A DNA stretch of 64,000 bases from NCBI GenBank assembly GCA_964016885.1, contig OZ024741.1, forward strand, positions 176,204,001 to 176,268,000, read 5' to 3'. The notes below the pieces were generated by a model that was given only the letters and a program-made list of their open reading frames with translations, did no database searches and had not been told where the DNA came from. The position numbers and the translations under genes were made by a program. Origin of the DNA: Eledone cirrhosa. Taxonomy: Eukaryota. Position 1 is the first letter of the stretch. Every line of letters starts with the position of its first letter. This document shows, piece by piece, positions 27,255-42,449 of the stretch.

Positions 27255-27523
27255 GAAGTCTGGTCCGAAGTGCGCATGCGCGAAGGCTGGTCCGTACTGC
27301 GCATGCACGAAGGTTGCTCCGAAGTGCGCATGCGCGAAGGCTGGTCCGAAGTGCGCATGCGCGAAGACTGGGCCGTACTACGCATGCGCGAAGTCTGGTC
27401 CCTAGTGTGTATGCTCGGATGCTATTCCGTACTGCGCATGCGCGAAGGCGGTCCGTACTGCGCATGCGCGAGTGCTGGCCCGTATTGCGCATGCGCGAAG
27501 ACTGGTCCGTACTGCGCATGCTC
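27255..27523. repeat. 27-bp GC-rich minisatellite (10 units), each with a TGCGCATGCGC core
   Basis: Consensus gaaggctggtccgtactgcgcatgcgc. Confidence 0.92.
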
Positions 27524-27614
27524 GAAGGCTTGTATATATAACGAGGAACATGCGAAGTTGTAGATGTTAGAGTCTTTTATTAATTGAGATGTTATACATA
27601 TTTCCATGGTGATA

Positions 27615-27857
27615 GATATCGTGATTTCTTCAGACAGCAAAATTGAGTAAAGGGTAACACTTGCGATGCAATAATGGGTGGTAGCGAGCGGACTAATAAA
27701 AATGTTTGTTTTTTGTTTGGATATCCGCTTTGGGTGGAAGGGAGCGGACATCCAAAGGAAAATCATAGGTTTATTTTAGCCCGCTCCCTTCCACACATTA
27801 CTGCCTCAGTAATGTTACATTCTACTTAATTTTGCTGTCTGAAGAAATCACGAAATC
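27615..27857. mobile_element. MITE-like fold-back with imperfect terminal inverted repeats
   Basis: cgtgatttcttcagacagcaaaatt ... aattttgctgtctgaagaaatcacg; internal tggaagggagcgg/ccgctcccttcca. Confidence 0.7.
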
Positions 27858-27893
27858 AACTTCGCATTTTCCTCTTTATACTCACACACACGC

Positions 27894-28517
<624 letters not shown>

Positions 28518-28619
28518 TATATTGTATTGATTTTTATACATTAAATTTTGCTCTGGTACTTACATAGAGCACTATTCACTTCTATGACTTTTTCTGTTTT
28601 CAACGGAAATTTCAATACT

Positions 28620-28652
<33 letters not shown>

Positions 28653-30799
28653 GCCAAAGGTACAGCAAAACGAAACAATATAAGGAAGATTTTTCGTGTG
28701 GTATATTTCATTCACAGTGCATTGGTCAATCCACAAGTATAATAGAAGACAACTGGCCAATGTACGACGCAATGGGAATGAAACCAAAACAACATGGTTA
28801 TGAAGTGAACTCTTTAACTACACACGCCTGCATGCACCTATATATACATCACAATTATCTTAAATCTTCCAATATCGGCTGTTCTGCAAAAATATTTATT
28901 TAAGAAAACAATAATACGTTTGTTTGCTTTATCCTTTTCTTTTTCTGTATACCCAGAGTATTAATTTGGTCAATAACTTGTCCTCTACTGAGACACAGCC
29001 TGAGGTTACAGACATATAACAAATGGTTTCATACTTGACACAAAAAAAGGACAAAAAACAAAACATTGTCACGCCTACAAAACATTAATAGAATAACTTA
29101 AAGAAAAAAAAACAAGTTCATTCAATACTAATCAGTAAGGAGATGACTATATATCGTTTAAACTCCAACGCAGAGAAAACTGTCTAGCGCATAGAAAAAC
29201 AACAAAGGAATCACTAACTTTATTTAACTAATGCCCATTTCTATTTTATTATTTAGTCAATATGTTTCATCAACTGCCAAATTGATCAATAATTATACAT
29301 TGAAAGTTAAGTTTGAATACTTTTTAAAATATTTTTTATTTTTAAGATTTATTGAATATCTAAAGGTGAGATAATATTTTTAAGAGCATCAATAATGTAC
29401 ACCCAGGGAGTGGTGGCGAAAATATACAAATCTTTGCACTAAATATAAAGAATGAATCTTCTCTAAAGTCGAAAAACTGATATCTACCACAAATAATCGT
29501 CAGATTTAATAATAGAATACAGGTATGTAAGGGCTCATAACTCCTAGGGGAGTCGAAGAGGAGGTGCCCTCGTGATGTATTTGTCTCGGATATCATAAAC
29601 CTATTGGAGCATATCACCACCCTAGGTCTAAAGGCAACTGATTTCTTGCTCATCATCTTGAGAGTGAGGGGAGAGAGGAAGTGGGGGAGGTAATCGATTC
29701 CAATATTAAACTGGCAATGTTTCTTTCGATCTCAAAAAAATAAAAAGCAAAATATACGTCGGAAGGATATGAAATTCAGATGCAGAGAAACGAAACGAGA
29801 ACAGTAAAGCTTTCTATCTGACGTACTAACGTGGTTGCTAAATTGCCACTCCAAATAGAAAGACGAATGAAATGACATCTAGAAATATTACATGCACGGG
29901 CGGCGAATCCGCAAAATTGTTAGAAAGTCGGATGGAACACTTTGCAATATTCGTTTCGGTTCTGCACCCTGGTTTCAAAAAGGACAGAGGCCATATTTGT
30001 CTTTCCTAATTTCGAGATATGTAAAAGATACCTGTCCTCTACTGGGGTCGATTCATCGTCTATATCCCTTTCTCACCTTATCTCTATCACTCTCACTCTT
30101 TTTCTGGAAGCAATCAGTTGTGTTCAGACCTGGAGAGTACATGGGTTCCGCCAGGTTTTCAAAATATATCTAAGACACACCGGATGTCCCCATGTCATCC
30201 CTATGACGTCATGAAAAGTTACGGATATATACATTCAAATACTCTATGCTGTTATATGCTTAGTATAAAACATAGCAGACAATTGACCTAAACGCTACTA
30301 TGTAGAACAAAATGCCATGCTTCATTTATTCTGAATATCTGCACATATCTGGTTTGGTGGTGCTTGAAAGAGAAGATATAATTACATGGGCCCCAGTATC
30401 TGCTCGTAATCGAAATGACGAGATGTCAAATTAACCTAGGTCAGATTTGAACTCGGAATTTAAAACAATTAACTAAATACTACAAATGTATTGTCCTACA
30501 GATGGAAACGCAAGAAGAATTTGAAAATATATATATCAGAAACCAGAAATGTTCGAGAGAGTTTCAAACAAAATCTATACATACCAATCAATGAGAGAAG
30601 TAATGTGATAACTTGGCCTGGTAGAGGTAACAGTGAAATATCCATCAAACTATACCCAACATCTTTACAAGATGATTTACTTATAGGAAAGTTTGAATAT
30701 TGGCGATGAGGGCTTTGCCTTTATTCATAACGCTGTTCAATAAGTGTTGAACTGATTGTACTATGACAGTGATACACATCCCTCTGAGAAACAGCAACC

Positions 30800-32250
30800 A
30801 GGTAGATCGGAAATACTACATATAAGAGGTGTAAGTTAAAGAAGAATTAACAGGAAGTTACGAATACGAAGGCAGCGTAAAAGTATGCTTCAAGAAATTA
30901 AAACCCGAGGAATATTTCCCAATGAAAGAATAAACCTAAAGAGAGATATTAGAATGAAGTTTCAATATCAGTTTTGAAAAAGAAACAAACAAACACAAAA
31001 AAAAACAATAAATGAATTCATTAATCCAGTTGCTGTAATCACATGGAGAAATATCGATGAATATAATATTTGATATACAAAATGATCATTCTTGTACAGC
31101 AATACCAAATAAATGGAAGACTAACGAAATAAAGAGCACGCACACACAGTCAAATGACAGCCAAACCACTACAAATGCCATGCGACTATCTTGTAAAAAT
31201 GGGACAGAATCGACAATATATTGCTTTATATATAAAATATGGGACGCACAGATCTAGTTCTAACTATTCCATACTGTATTCAAAAAGAGGAAACTACAAC
31301 GTGTCCGTGGATACAAAATGACCGATGAAAGGATGGGATTGTCATGCCTGGAAAGTTGATACGCATATCTGCTGAATCAAGGTTGATCTAGAGGCTAAGC
31401 ACAACAATTGGAATATCTAAATCAAAGTAAGATAGGTAGAATGAATGATAAAGAAAGGTATAATAATAGAGTGCGGAAATAAATACAATTGTTTAAGTTT
31501 ATATTACATCAAAGAAAAGAGGAAATCAGAGAGATAAAAGAGATTAAGAGAAGATATCTTCGAAAAGATGTGACGTATTAAGTGATTTGAGAAACGAGAA
31601 TGCTACATGATCTATTTCAGAGAAAAGCTAGAAAATTCTATAGGATATTGGATAAGTCAGACGCCGAGATTAAAACTCACCGATAAACTAGAAATAGAGA
31701 AAAGCCGAGAAGACATATTGGAGAAAACTAAACAGTTACAACTAAAATAAACCGTGAATTAGAAATATTACTCATGAAAATAAAATAAAAGATCAGAAGG
31801 AGTAATATATTTTCTGAGTAAGCTATCATAGAATTAACAGACGATAGCAGATGGAAAATCTATTTAATCTACGTATTGGCTACTTACTATCTGACTGACA
31901 TATGTTACAAAAAACAAACTCGCGGTATATAGAAGCTAGTTTCCACAGAATACTTCACCAGTAATATCTAACACCACGCTGACTATCAAAGACGTATGGG
32001 GTCCCTCTTCTCTTAGAGCTAAAATCATAAAATTCTATCAATATGATGTACTATATATCATTTATTTTGCTTCACACCGACATATAAAATGATATCCAAT
32101 ATATACGATCACTGGAAAAAATACGACATTTTTATCAGTTCATAAAATCTACCCCAGAAAAGCAGGCATAATGATGTAAAGACTGTAGAGTGATAAGATC
32201 CATATAAGGATAAGCTGTCATCAACAATTCTGAGTTAGAAGGCAAATTTG
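30800..32250 (+). mobile_element. Highly degraded non-LTR retrotransposon remnant, possibly R4/Dong-like
   Basis: A-rich coding-like strand with fragments such as INEFINPVAVITW and DYQRR that parallel 57080-58800; no intact ORF. Confidence 0.35.
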
Positions 32251-33297
32251 TTGTATCTACCTATGTTAGAAATTAATATTAAATTAATATTAATAGATAA
32301 TACGGGGGCGGGGGATCTAACGCAAGGAACATCATATGAGAAACACAAGGTACATCATATGAGAAACAACCTCCAGCTTCAAACAACTAACACCCGCAAA
32401 CATTCTGTCTGGCGTTTATTACAGATTCTACGAAACGCCGGCACAATAGTAACGGTTTTTAATTTAGGCTTAATTGAGAGGCAGGGATCGATTAAATATA
32501 CCCAGTACTTCACTGGTATTCTATTTTATTATCCCTGGAAAAATAAATTGCAAAGCTGACCTCAGACATATTGAACTCATATCAGAAAGGAGTGTAAATA
32601 AATGTCACATGATATTTTGCCTGACGCTCGAACGATTCTGCCAATTGACCAGCCTTTACATCCTACAAATAAAGGCTTCTAATATAGGCACTTTGTGGTG
32701 AGGAGTAGCTTACATCAACCCTGTACTTGATAACTACTTTATTTTATTGACCTTGGCAAGATGAAATAAAAGGTTGATCTTAACGGGATTGGAAATGCCA
32801 CATAGCGTTCTGTCCGACAATGTAGCGATTCTAACACACTCTACATTAATGACGGGACCTCGGTGAATGACGTTTACATAAACAAACAACGACTAATGTT
32901 CCAGAAAGTCAATGGATAGATTTCCTCCACAATGTATTTGCAGAGATGAAGGTAAAACGGAAAGAGTTTCTTCAGACGACATTGAAGACGTCAAAAGTGA
33001 CGATAACTCAGCTTATAATCCTCAAGTTATAGTTTATATGAGATTTGGAGTAAGGAATATTCTTTTCAAATATCTTCTTAGATTGAACTCATTCACTCGT
33101 CACAAAGTAGGATTAACTAAATGTTATAGATTTATCTGTTCTCTTAATTTCCTAACATTTATCTGCCTTCTACCTTTTCCTTACTAGATATATATATTTC
33201 TTTCTTCATTATCTCTTCTAGTTTCAACGTTAGCTAAAGAGGCATGTTCGGAATTTATTGCGTTATCTAGCAAATAACATCCATCTGAATGAAGTTA

Positions 33298-33337
<40 letters not shown>

Positions 33338-33341
<4 letters not shown>

Positions 33342-34740
33342 TAATAAAAATAATGAATAAAAACAAAGAAACAGTTCCTTATATTATGTAAGATTTAATA
33401 CCCACAAACACAGTTTTAAAAATGCCGCATTAGCTAATACAACATCTTTAGCTGAAATAATTAATAATTGTAGAAAGAAGAATATAGATTATAACCTGAC
33501 CTGGAGTGTGCTCAAAAGGGCCACCCTTATCAACATAATAGATATGAATGTAGATTATGTTCCCAGGAACTTTTTGAAATAATGAAATTTAAGGATATCC
33601 TATTAAATAAACGACAGGAATTAATTATATCATGTAATCATAAACTGAGAAGAACTTTTAAATATTATAAACCTAATTAATATACACTTTAGAAATTATT
33701 ATAATAACACTTTTTTTAAATTAGTTAACCTATAATTAATATTCCACTACTAATGAGCTGCATAATTTTATTTCCCTTTTACAGCTATCTTTTCCTAAAA
33801 TTCATACCAATAAGTATACATATAAACTATTTTAATTTCAGGTTATGATTCTATGTTCCTTATAATCTATATAAATTTGTTATTTCTCACTAATAAATTT
33901 ACCCCCCCCCCCCCACAATAATAATTATTATTATTTTTTTTTTCCCTTCGTTTTTAACAGCACTCTTCAATTACATCTAACTCTTATTTATCATATCTAT
34001 ATGAATTAATATAAATTTATCAATATAAATGTACCTATCAATTTAATTAATTTCTTTTCTTTTTATAGATGTAAATTCCCTTTATTTTGAATAAGATTGA
34101 TATTTTTCACTAACACATTTATCGTAAAATTTTATTCTCCTTAGATATTTACATTAGCATTATTCTTTTATAACATCAATTCTTCGTGTACCTTTTACCG
34201 ATTTGACCTATTTTCATCCCTAAAATAATCTTTTCATTCATCATACTCTTTCCATTCAAAACTGAAATCTGCCTTCCTCTACCCCTAAATTAAAGTTCTA
34301 TTACTACTATTCTACCATCTTGACCACTCACTACCTTTCTATTGGTCAATTCAAAACGTGTTCCCAAACAGACCTATTATATTAAATCTTTGTTGGTTTT
34401 CTTCAGTAAACAAATATCATTATTTCTGAAGACAGCATATATATGTGTAGGTATGTATATTCCCTCTGATAGTTTGTAAAATTTTTACATAGATCTATAT
34501 GATATACATACCAACACAAACATATATATCCTAGAAACGATCGTAAAATGATGAATTTTTTAATATAAGGAACCGTTTCTTTGTTTTTATTGAATTACTT
34601 TTATTAATTTATCTTGACTCTGTTTTGCTGTATTTTTCATCGGAAAATTTTTTTTTGAATTCATCTTCTCTTTTCATGATATTCGGATTACATTGAGTTC
34701 TTCATACGGATTGGACACTACCGTACATTTTGGTAGATTT
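33338..34740 (+). mobile_element. 5'-truncated PLE (GIY-YIG C-terminus + 3' UTR + HHR) with short inverted 5' tail
   Basis: 33390-33680 reads RFNTHKHSF..TTSLAE..LTWSVLK../..CRLC..E..LLNKRQE...CNH; 33340-33386 is inverted at 34560-34607; (TA)n flanks. Confidence 0.85.
34418..34553 (+). ncRNA. Type I hammerhead ribozyme with long stem II
   Basis: cattattt-ctgaaga-...-gaa-acgatcgt-a-aaatgatg; related motif with CCGAAGA core at 42755-42880. Confidence 0.8.
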
Positions 34741-34741
34741 A

Positions 34742-34786
<45 letters not shown>

Positions 34787-34794
<8 letters not shown>

Positions 34795-35342
34795 AAAGTT
34801 TGTCCTTCATCAGTGATCTTCCAACCATCATAGGCATTTCATCGCTTTAAAGACCATATACCTGCGGTTGGTGCGAGCAACGGCTAAAAAGAGTCGTTGG
34901 GACACGTAAATAAAGGGGACGCGAGGGTAAACAAACAAAATGGTGAAGCAACAGAAAGTGAGGAAGAAAGAGACAAGTCCCAGATTTCTATGAATTTAAA
35001 TTCGGTGAAATCGTGAACGAGAGAATAAAGACCATCAAACCTGGTTGAAATGTGAGCAAGGAAGGAATTTCGCACAGGTCTAACGGGAGGAAGAAGGGGT
35101 CTGGTCTGCGAATTCGGTAAACATAAGTTCTGTGAAATCGTAGACGAGAGAGAGAAAAAATTCATACCAGCTTGGCCGAGCGTGCGAGAGAAAAGAATTA
35201 CACACAGGTCAAACGGGAAGAAAGAAGAGGAGGAGAAGTAGTGACAGAGAATGAGTGAGTGAAGGGTGAGGAAGAGGCTAACTGAGAGAGAGGCTGCTAG
35301 AAGGGGTAAATATACATAGAACGAAAAAGAAGCGTAGCAGCA
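34787..35342. mobile_element. Dispersed near-monomer copy of the 615-bp unit seen at 8075-9860
   Basis: Collinear with 8120-8675; inserted in (TA)n. Confidence 0.9.
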
Positions 35343-35396
35343 ATATATATATACGTATATATATATATGTATATATATACATTTTGAAACCCTTAA

Positions 35397-36135
35397 TGAG
35401 GTATCCTTTTGATAAGTCGGCAGACCTCACAAAAATTCTATATGATGTAGTGTTTTTGCATAATATGCCACGAAACTACGTAGTCGGGGACTATAGAAGC
35501 AGTTTAGGTATGATATATCTTATTACTAATTATATCTAATGTTTCTTCTCTCTTGATAATATATTATATAGCTCTGATACTGAATCAATCTAGTCCATTC
35601 GGATTGTTTGTCCCAGTTATTCATAGAGCAACATCGGTTGACGTTGTTACCACTAACTCAAGGATATATGTGGATATATTCATGCATATGTATGTGTCCG
35701 CATGTATCTTTGTGTTTCTCTACATATTGTTTATAACTCCCTTTGGTCGAGTAACCTTGGAAGTGTCGTGACTGCTGGAAAGCTACCATTACTCATACTT
35801 CTTGCCTCCTTAACCACCTCTTCTACGGCCTTGATATAAATACCCCTCCGCCTCCGTGGTATTTCTTTCAGGGTTATAAGAGGTTTAGGTCTGTTTCTTG
35901 ACCGCTGTATCACGTGATCGACTCCCCCTCCGCCTTTCGGGATTCTATCTCGCATCTTACGGGTGTGAGGTATCCTCTTGATAAGTCGGCAGACCTCACA
36001 AAAATTCTATATCTCTTTGATGTAGTGTTTTTGCATAACATGCCACGAAACTACGCAGTCGGGGACTATAGAAGCAGTTTAGGTATGATATATCTTATTA
36101 CTAATTATATCTAATGTTTCTTCTCTCTTCATAAT
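35397..36135 (+). mobile_element. About 570-bp unit with about 165-bp terminal direct repeat containing a degenerate HHR
   Basis: 35397-35560 is repeated at 35966-36135; tcctc-ttgataa...gaa-actacgtagt-c-gggga. Confidence 0.75.
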
Positions 36136-36148
36136 GTATTATGTATAA

Positions 36149-36690
<542 letters not shown>

Positions 36691-37327
36691 GAGAGAAAGG
36701 AAGAAAGCGAGAGAGAGAGGCAAACAGGCAAAATCAGTATGAGAGACAAAGTAAACAATTATAATTATAATGTTGAACCTCATAAAATCGAAAGTGGATT
36801 TCATTCGACGTGTCATGCTTAGAATATTTTTCTAGAAGCTAGACTTAACGATGAGCATAGACATATATTGAAAACAAAAAGACATGAGAAGCGAACGAGG
36901 TTCGGATCACACCGCGCTCGAAAATATATTGATTTATATAATTGGCCTCTACCACAGCTCTTGTAATATCTACATCAACAGATTGCCACCTTCTTTGGAT
37001 TATACTACATTATTAATTATCTCTTGTCTTTCTCGCCCGTCACCAGCTTGATGTTATTATACTCGGTCCTTGTGGCCAATAAATGAAACCATTATATATT
37101 TTGTATTCGTTGTGTGTCATTTCATTTTGTGACATTAATTGTTAGGTTATAAGGTTGTTGATATTCTATGCCTTCATGCTTCCTATTGAGTTTAAACTTG
37201 CATTCAATTACATGTGTGACCTCTTTAATCTGTCTGAGAAAAGACATACATATATGCTGCTAGAATAAATGGAGAAACAAGCGCACACATACCCATAGCA
37301 GCACACAAAGACACACATACACACACA

Positions 37328-37440
<113 letters not shown>

Positions 37441-38164
37441 ATACACACACACACAGACCCACACAAACACACACACACACATACACACAAACAAAAACGC
37501 ATGCGCAGATCACATACACACCTCAAAATTCCAAATTCGAGTAATTAGAACGAAATAGGAACGAAGTGGAGACACAGAAAAGCAACAATAATTATTTAAT
37601 AGGTCACAGGTGTATGACGAAACAGCTTTGACAATTAACAACTAAACACCCACCTGGTTACTAAACTAACTAAGAAATGGATTACTTAGTCAACTAATAA
37701 TGAACTGAAGCGAAACTCAACAGGTGTTTGTATTTTTATTGTCAGCATGGCCCTTCCAAATTATAAAAATATCTGTTTCAAAATACAATTCCACATGAAG
37801 AATATTGCTAAACAAATTAAAAAACTATCATATATATATGTACATAAATGTTTAGATTTCTATGATTGAAGTCAGCCTCAACATGTTTTATTCAGTTTTG
37901 TTGACCTGCAAATATATCGTTCTGTAATAAATTCTTTCGCGCCTGTTATCATAAGAAAACTGTAATCTTTCAAAGTAGTCTTAACGTTTCGGGGGCTAGT
38001 GTTACACGAGGAAATAAAAAAGAGAGTATTGAAACAAAGCAATGCAAACAGGGGACAGCAGTGATTAAAGGAGTGAGTGAATGAGAGAGAGAGAGTGTGA
38101 GAGAGAGAGAGAAGACACACGTAGGTGCAACACATCTATCTATATCGATTTATCTATCCAGCAA

Positions 38165-38212
<48 letters not shown>

Positions 38213-38213
<1 letters not shown>

Positions 38214-41200
38214 CAAAAACACAAACACCAACACAAGCGACGCAAACAGCACAAACAAAAACACTCCCTCCTGAAAACAAAACAACTACTTCAAAACGTA
38301 AACACACACAATAACCACAGACAAAAATCAACAAAACACAACAAAAATGTTACACCTACATAAATACTAACAATAAAACTTTAACAAACACCATATATAA
38401 AAACCCTTCGGTGGAGACCGAAGGGAAAACTTTTACACACTCTTCGGAGAATCCTAATCTTAAAATGATAAGGACTTCCATGGACACACATAAACAGTTA
38501 AAAGAAAAATTTCATAATTACGTAGTTAACCCCTGCGTCAAACCTTACAATCGAGTCCTGTTAAACTGTTTCCCTACCCCACCCCATACTACCAGACAAC
38601 CCCTCCCCACCAAACATCTCTGTCCCCACTCCTCCGGAGACCACCACCCCACCAAACAACCCCTCCAACACCCCCAAATTGTGCAGCCTGGTCCTCAGGA
38701 GACGAAGAGGTGAGTAATTTCTTTTTCTCTTCTTGTAACTTTTCAGCACCAACATGGCCAATATAAGAGTTGGATGTGTGAATGTCCGCGGCCTGGCGAT
38801 GCCCTGGAAACAGGGCAAACTCTTAAACGGCCTCAGGTCGCACAGTATGGATGTAGTAAGCATTTGCATGTCCAGGATCCACAGCGAGCGACAACTGGCC
38901 CCCATCTTCGACGACTTTGAGATCTACGCATCTCTCTGTCAGCCGGGAGGTGGGGTTGGGGTTGCCGTTTTGCTGCGGAAACACCTGGACCTCGTAACAC
39001 AGACGGTACATCTGGACCCGGTGGGTCGACTGGTGGTCCTAAACGGTAGTGAAGGTGGAGCCTTCAGGCTAGTGGCCGCATATGCTCTATCCGGGACACC
39101 GGGGCCAGACTTCTTCAAACGTCTAGAGACATTTCTATGAACGTCCCGCTCCCTGCTGTTGGTGGGGGACTGGAATGGAATCCTAGATGCAAGTTGGGAC
39201 TATGTGGGAGCATTTCCCGATAGAGGGGGGGGGTGTAACAGCCTCAAACAGTTAATCGGCCGATTTCACCTGGCCGATAGATATCGACTAGATTTTCCGA
39301 CTGTGCCACTGTGGACGTGGACTAAATTCGGCGGAACATCTAGATCGTACCTAGATAGGGTTCTAGTTAGAAAGAAGGATAAGGACATGTTAAGCTGTCC
39401 ACAAATGTTCATGGTTGCCTATTCAGATCACAAATTCGTGATCTGCTTAGTCAACCTTGACAAAACCCATAGACAGGGACCCGGCTACTGGAAGCTGAAC
39501 TTGTCGTTACCGACATGCAAAGCCTACAGTAGACGGATTATCACTTGAGTTAAGCAGCACTTGACGGGGACCATTGTCAACAACAGATGGTGGTACTCTC
39601 TCAAGTGGGCAGTTAGATTAGACTCGATAGGTTTTAGTAAAGAATTAGTGTTAGATAGAACAAAAACCGAAAAGTAACTGGTAGATAAAGTAGAAGAGGC
39701 ACTTAGGAGTGGAAACGTAGCCAGCGTGCTAGCGACGAGAACGGCCTCGGATCAGTTCTTCTGCGCAAAGAATGAAGGCTGCGTTGTCAGAAGCAAATAC
39801 GTGCTCTGAGAAACGAGGGAGCCAAAGCTCTTAGCTGGGCCCGAGTGACGGAGGCGAAAAGTGGCAACAAGTCCACGATTCGGTCTTTGAAGGACCAATA
39901 CGGATGCGTGATACGTGAGCTGAAGCAGATTTGCGCGGCATTTCAGCGGCACTTTGCTCAACTGTTCGGGCAGGGTGGTGCGCCGGGGGGGCTATGGATT
40001 TCGGTCCATACCTCGACGGCCTATCGCGACTCTCGGGCAGCGAGCCGAAGTTTTGCGAAAGGCCGATTTCGGCCGCTGAGATAGGGACGCGCCGAGCCAA
40101 TGCGGCAAACGTAAATCTCCAGGTCTCGACGGTCTACCCTACGAATTTTACGTAGCAATGCCGGACTTGTTCTCTTATCTCCTGGAAGCGATCTACTGCA
40201 ACTAGCAGCAGAACGGGATAATTCCCAGTTCTTTGACGAAGGGCGTAGTCACGTTAGTCAGGAAGGACGAGAATAAGGGGGTTGATATAGGCAACTTCCG
40301 GCCCATAACTCTGCTAAACACATAGTTACAGATTGTGGCCAAGGTGTTGGCAAAGAGGCTGGCGTTTGTCGTTGAAAACCTGGTGGGAGAAGCGCAGACA
40401 TGCGCAATCCCGACCAGGTCCATACACGACAACCACCACCTCATGCGTTACATGATAGAGAGGGTAAGGTGTAAATCCGGCTTCGGTGGGGCCCTGATCA
40501 ACTTGGATCTGTCTAAGGCTTTTGATAGGGTTGACCATCGTTACCGGGATGCGATGCTGGAGGCGACAGGCTTCGGACCCGTGTTCAGGGGCTGGATTGC
40601 TGCAATGCACAGTAGCAACATCTGCTCAAGGGTCAAGGTGAACGGCTACTTCTCGGAGCTGTTCCATATCACGCGATCCATCCGACAGGGATGCCCTCTC
40701 TCCTCCCTTCTGTACGTACTGACTCTCGAGCCACTACTGCTGAAGTTGGAGCAATTGCAGGGCATCCCTTTGGAAACGGGACTGCGAAAAGTGGCGTCGG
40801 CCTACGCCGACGACGTGACAGTGATAGTGTCGAGCACCTCGCAAATCGGGGAGGTCGACACCTTACTGGAGGAATACGGAAGGTTCACAAAAGCGAAGCT
40901 GAACCGGGACAAATCCGTCGGTTTGCAACTCGGAACATGGAGAGGCAAACCGATGCCTTCCGATGGCGTCGTCGGACGCTGGACGGAAGGACCGGTAAAG
41001 ATGCTCGGAGTATGGTTTGGTCCGGACCTCCAGGTGGAGAAGAACTGGAACGAAGTGACGGCCAAGGTTTTTGTGCTCACCCAGAAGTGGGCCGAGTGCA
41101 AACTATCCTTGAAAGGTCGAGCGGAGGTGGCGAACACTTTTATACCGTCCGTCATCTACTCCCGCTTGTCCGTCGTGCCTTGTCCAGCCAAAACGCTCAC

Positions 41201-42417
41201 CAAAATGGAGCGCGCACTCTTCCAATTCCTTTGGAAGAAACGGGCTCCTTTGGTGAGAAGATCCATCTGCTGCCAACACTCTTCAAATGGAGGGTTGGGG
41301 ATGCCATGGCTGACGATGCGCAAACACGCGCTCAGGCTTCGGCACCTCCACGTATTCCTCACCGGACAACCGCTATGGGCCCCGTTCGTGAGGCGAGCCT
41401 TACCACGACTCGTCTCGCTGACCGAGCTGCAGTCCTGGGTCAAGCAAAGACCGAGGAAAATGGGTGACTGGCACATCGAATGTGCTCAGGCGCTCACATT
41501 CCTCTGGCAAACGGACCCGGTGATCAGTGGAAACTCCACTTCGACATTCTATAGCGGATTGGTCCGTAGCAAGTGCGACGATGCGCTCAGAGAAACTCTA
41601 GGCGTAGAGGAGGACGAACTGGCCAGTCTGTTCGGTAGGACCTTCTGCCCGGGACCAATGGACAACTTACAAAAGTCCATGGCCTGGTAGTGCTACTGAG
41701 AAGCTCTACTAGTTCGAGACAAGCTCTACAGACACGGGCGCCCGGGCAGGGACCTTTCGAAAAAGATCTGTCTGAGATGCGTGCGCGAGGAGGAAACCGT
41801 CGCGCACGCATTTGTACACTGCTCGGGCGTTACCCACCTGCGGGGCTATGTAGAACGACTATTGTCGCGGGTGGGACCAATCCAGTTGACCACCGAGTCC
41901 ATTGTCATGATCAAACCGCCACCCTCCTTCAAAAACGGGGGAGAGGCGGTTTTCCTATGTGTTATGGCTATGGTGAAAGAGGTTATATGGTGGACGAGGT
42001 TAAAAGGGCTGAGGTCAGACACCTTTCTCTCCGGCGAGCAACTGATTCGTTTTTTCAAATATCATTTTAGAAGAAGAATCAGGATGGAGAGAGAGGGGCT
42101 GTACCCCAGCAAATTTGATAAAAGGTGGGTGAATGTGGCAAAGATGGCCCGTGTGGTTGGGCCTTCTCTCTATATAAACCTGTAGGTTGAGGAAAAAGAG
42201 GAAGAGAGGAAGGGAGTACTCACTCTTGGTGCTCCTGGAGATGGGGGTTGTACATTTTTCGGGGTGTATACAACCCCTGTGTAACGCCTCCCCCCTTATT
42301 GGGGATTTCAATTGTTATTTGTTATTTTATTAATAGTTTTATTTTCATATACCTGTATGTAAACTCGCCATTTGTATTTGTCCCCTTCTTTTGTGCCCTT
42401 GTGGCTAATAAAGAAAT

Positions 42418-42449
<32 letters not shown>

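Noticed and set aside
27255-27523. CRISPR-like array
   Set aside because: No unique spacers, eukaryotic context, no cas genes; plain minisatellite
27835-27870. ctgaaga...gaaa as a hammerhead
   Set aside because: No stem II, stem III or stem I pairing
32912-33187. 91-aa ORF with an acidic patch (host exon or transposase N-terminus)
   Set aside because: No recognisable motif or supporting neighbours
40691-41467. 258-aa overlapping ORF in the LINE
   Set aside because: Alternative frame of a GC-rich RT region with no motif support
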